From positions 1-64,000 of the forward strand of contig OZ239628.1 in the NCBI GenBank assembly GCA_965195345.1: 64,000 nucleotides of DNA, in the 5' to 3' direction. Positions within the stretch are counted from its first letter, which is position 1. Every line of letters begins with the position of its first letter. Position numbers and translations under genes: made by a program. Source of the DNA: an uncultured Thiomicrospira sp. (GTDB lineage: Bacteria; Pseudomonadota; Gammaproteobacteria; CAKMZV01). The notes beneath the pieces are model-generated. The model was not told where the DNA came from. It searched no databases and saw only the letters and a list, made by a program, of their open reading frames with translations. Positions 62,133-64,000 of this stretch are shown here, one piece after another.

Positions 62133-63182
62133 TCACTTCAAGCGAATACTCTCATAATCACAGTTAGAAATATATTTTTCATCAACGGTGGAAATAAACA
62201 CCTGATTTTTGTTCTTTGAAAGACAAGATAATACTTTCAATCGAAACTGTTCATCTAATTCCGAAGAAAAGTCATCAATCAATACAATTGGAGACACGCC
62301 ACACTTCATACTCATTGCAAGCTGTGCAAAATATAAAGCAAACACCACCATTTTCAATTGACCTCTTGAGAATTTATTGGTTATTTTGCTGTCGTTATAT
62401 AAAACCTCAACGTCCCCTCTATGCGCCCCGCTGAAAGTATATAGCTGTTTCGTATCGAGCAACCTTTGACGTTCAAGCACTGATGCATAAAGTTCTTTAC
62501 GGCTATAACCTGGATAATATTCAAGCCTTGTTCGCGTATCATCATTGTCATCGAAAAACATCCCCAAAAACTCTCCAAAAAAACCTTGAAGCTCTTGCAA
62601 GTAATCCTCGCGCTTCTTCCTAAGAAAGCCTTCTTTCTCAACCAATATTTTTTCCCACGCAATAATCTCGCTTAAATCACTCTTTTGCCGCAAACTTAAA
62701 TTGCGTTGTTTAAGTGCTCGGCGGTAATCTTTCCATACTCCCCAATACTCCTCATCATTCAAAAAAAGTGCACGATCAATAAATCGTCTCCTCAATTCAG
62801 GCTCTTCCAGCAAAAACCGTAATCCATCGGGTCCAATAAAAACCAAAGGCACCAATCGACTCATTCGTTGCGCTGAATCAATCGACACATCGTTATGAAT
62901 GAATCGATTTTTCTCCCAGTTTCTGCGAAATCCAATATGATGAGCAAGCCCATCTTTTTGCATTATGAAGTGCGTCTGAACGATATCTGCACCTTCACGA
63001 ATTATGTCGTTCACGTGCTTCGTTCGAAAAGAACGCCCATTTGCACTACACCAAATCGCTTCAAGAATAGAGGTTTTTCCACATGCATTTGCACCAGAAA
63101 TAACATTAATTGATGAAACAAAATTCATCTTCTTTTCTGTAAAGCAACGAAGCTGGTAAAGTTCAAGGTCGGTTATGTGCAT
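62133..63182 (-). CDS. recF: DNA replication/repair protein RecF
   Basis: GANACGKTSILEA, GRSFR, RRRFIDR, SRGQ and LIDDFSSELD motifs. Confidence 0.95.
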   Translation of the reverse strand: MHITDLELYQLRCFTEKKMNFVSSINVISGANACGKTSILEAIWCSANGRSFRTKHVNDIIREGADIVQTHFIMQKDGLAHHIGFRRNWEKNRFIHNDVSIDSAQRMSRLVPLVFIGPDGLRFLLEEPELRRRFIDRALFLNDEEYWGVWKDYRRALKQRNLSLRQKSDLSEIIAWEKILVEKEGFLRKKREDYLQELQGFFGEFLGMFFDDNDDTRTRLEYYPGYSRKELYASVLERQRLLDTKQLYTFSGAHRGDVEVLYNDSKITNKFSRGQLKMVVFALYFAQLAMSMKCGVSPIVLIDDFSSELDEQFRLKVLSCLSKNKNQVFISTVDEKYISNCDYESIRLK

Positions 63183-63268
63183 AACATTATTTTATCCACT
63201 CCACGCTCGAACCTAGAAGTATTCTTTATCTGATCAAGTTCTTTATGTCTATGTTTCAAATATCACGC

Positions 63269-63298
63269 AAAAAAAAGCCACAGTCTTGCGACTGTGGC
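63269..63298 (-). terminator. Strong intrinsic terminator
   Basis: Minus strand GCCACAGTC-GCAA-GACTGTGGC followed by T8. Confidence 0.9.
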
Positions 63299-63386
63299 CA
63301 ACTAAAAGAGGAGAAACTACGAAAACAAATCATTAAAATCTGTCATCAAATTCTAATACGCACATTAAAAGATAATCACGCGATAA
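63269..63386 (-). ncRNA. Candidate trans-acting small RNA
   Basis: Putative promoter TTGATA-N16-TATATT (63419-63392), a TTTCTCCTC segment and a terminator; no credible ORF. Confidence 0.5.
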
Positions 63387-63627
63387 ATCTGAATATATTC
63401 TCTTATAAATTACTATCAAAAATCCATCCATAAAATCAGAGTCAACCTTTGTTGCACACTATTCGCCGACCATTAGCTTTGAATAACAATGGCGAGACGA
63501 TCGCTGACATTGATCTAAATGTGAAAATTTGACGACAATACACCACAAAACAAAGGCGATAATCTTTCAACTATTGTGTTTGTGTAGCCTTCATTCTTTT
63601 GAAGACTAATCCATCAATGACAAACCA

Positions 63628-63870
63628 TTAACTGCAATCTTTGCAGATTTGACTGTCATTCTTTTGAATCATTTGACTTGACGGGTAGTGAACTCCACAG
63701 TTATCGCATACAATTAATGACTGCTGGGACACCTTATTCTGGTTATTCTGGTCATTTGAGGAATCACGCTCTGTATGGACGGAGTTTCCTATTTTTTTGA
63801 GAACACCATTAAACACTTTGTATAAAACATACAAGAAAGCCGCCATCATTAAAAATTTTACAATACCCAT
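63628..63870 (-). CDS. PP0621-like small membrane-anchored Cys-rich protein
   Basis: N-terminal TM and CDNCGVHYP...CKDC; divergent from nadE. Confidence 0.8.
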   Translation of the reverse strand: MGIVKFLMMAAFLYVLYKVFNGVLKKIGNSVHTERDSSNDQNNQNKVSQQSLIVCDNCGVHYPSSQMIQKNDSQICKDCS

Positions 63871-63903
63871 AAAGCAATTATAATACTTGTCATTGATAGT
63901 TAT

Positions 63904-64000
63904 ATGTTAAAAATTTCAATCGCACAAATCAGTCCTTTCGTGGGAGATATTGAAGGCAATCAAAAGCTAATCTTGAATGCCATCAATGTCGCGAAAAACC
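63904..64000 (+). CDS. nadE: Glutamine-dependent NAD+ synthetase, N-terminal fragment
   Basis: ATG 63904 reads MLKISIAQISPFVGDIEGNQKLILNAINVAKN, the start of a nitrilase-like domain. Not in the ORF track. Confidence 0.85.
   Translation, partial: MLKISIAQISPFVGDIEGNQKLILNAINVAKN

Noticed and set aside
252-63433. The many short ORFs antisense to or nested in recognised genes (e.g. 51344-51949, 41705-42238, 272-658, 28079-28366)
   Set aside because: Shadow frames of well-supported genes with no recognisable motifs.
63245-63433. 62-aa plus-strand ORF
   Set aside because: It crosses a minus-strand terminator, has no RBS and has low-information composition; the ncRNA reading fits better.
1-64000. 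CRISPR array, tandem repeats, IS elements, defence or phage genes
   Set aside because: No regularly spaced repeats or such genes seen. The SNase at 59493-60287 has a signal peptide and no defence context.

Overview
This AT-rich window (high-30s % GC by eye) is core chromosome of a Gammaproteobacterium, probably marine given NhaD, a Na+/solute symporter, cytochrome bc1 and heme A synthase. It holds about 55 tightly packed, often overlapping genes. Housekeeping genes include grpE-dnaK-dnaJ', serB, murJ-ribF-ispB, mrcA, cca, glyA-nrdR-ribD, ileS-lspA, petABC, murF, rpoZ-spoT, mgtE, nhaD, surA-pdxA-rsmA-apaH, ctaA, rho, trxA, dnaX, gmhB, hemE-moaE-folB, type B rpmE, miaB, recF and nadE'. There are two tRNAs (Arg-TCT, Lys-TTT). 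I saw no integrase, transposase, prophage or CRISPR array. The best leads are: (1) one ORF fusing RNase D to class 1 fructose-1,6-bisphosphatase across an A7 run; (2) an orphan ~115-nt sRNA candidate with an anti-Shine-Dalgarno seed upstream of recF; (3) an ActP-like symporter flanked by two uncharacterised genes; (4) an almost lysine-free beta-helix surface lipoprotein; (5) an M48 / CsgG-TPR / LPP20 lipoprotein trio coupled to spoT; (6) an A8 slippery site that could yield DnaX gamma; (7) zinc-ligand loss in IleRS plus a type B L31; (8) a SoxK-like orphan lipoprotein. All family calls come from motif recognition by eye; no searches were run.
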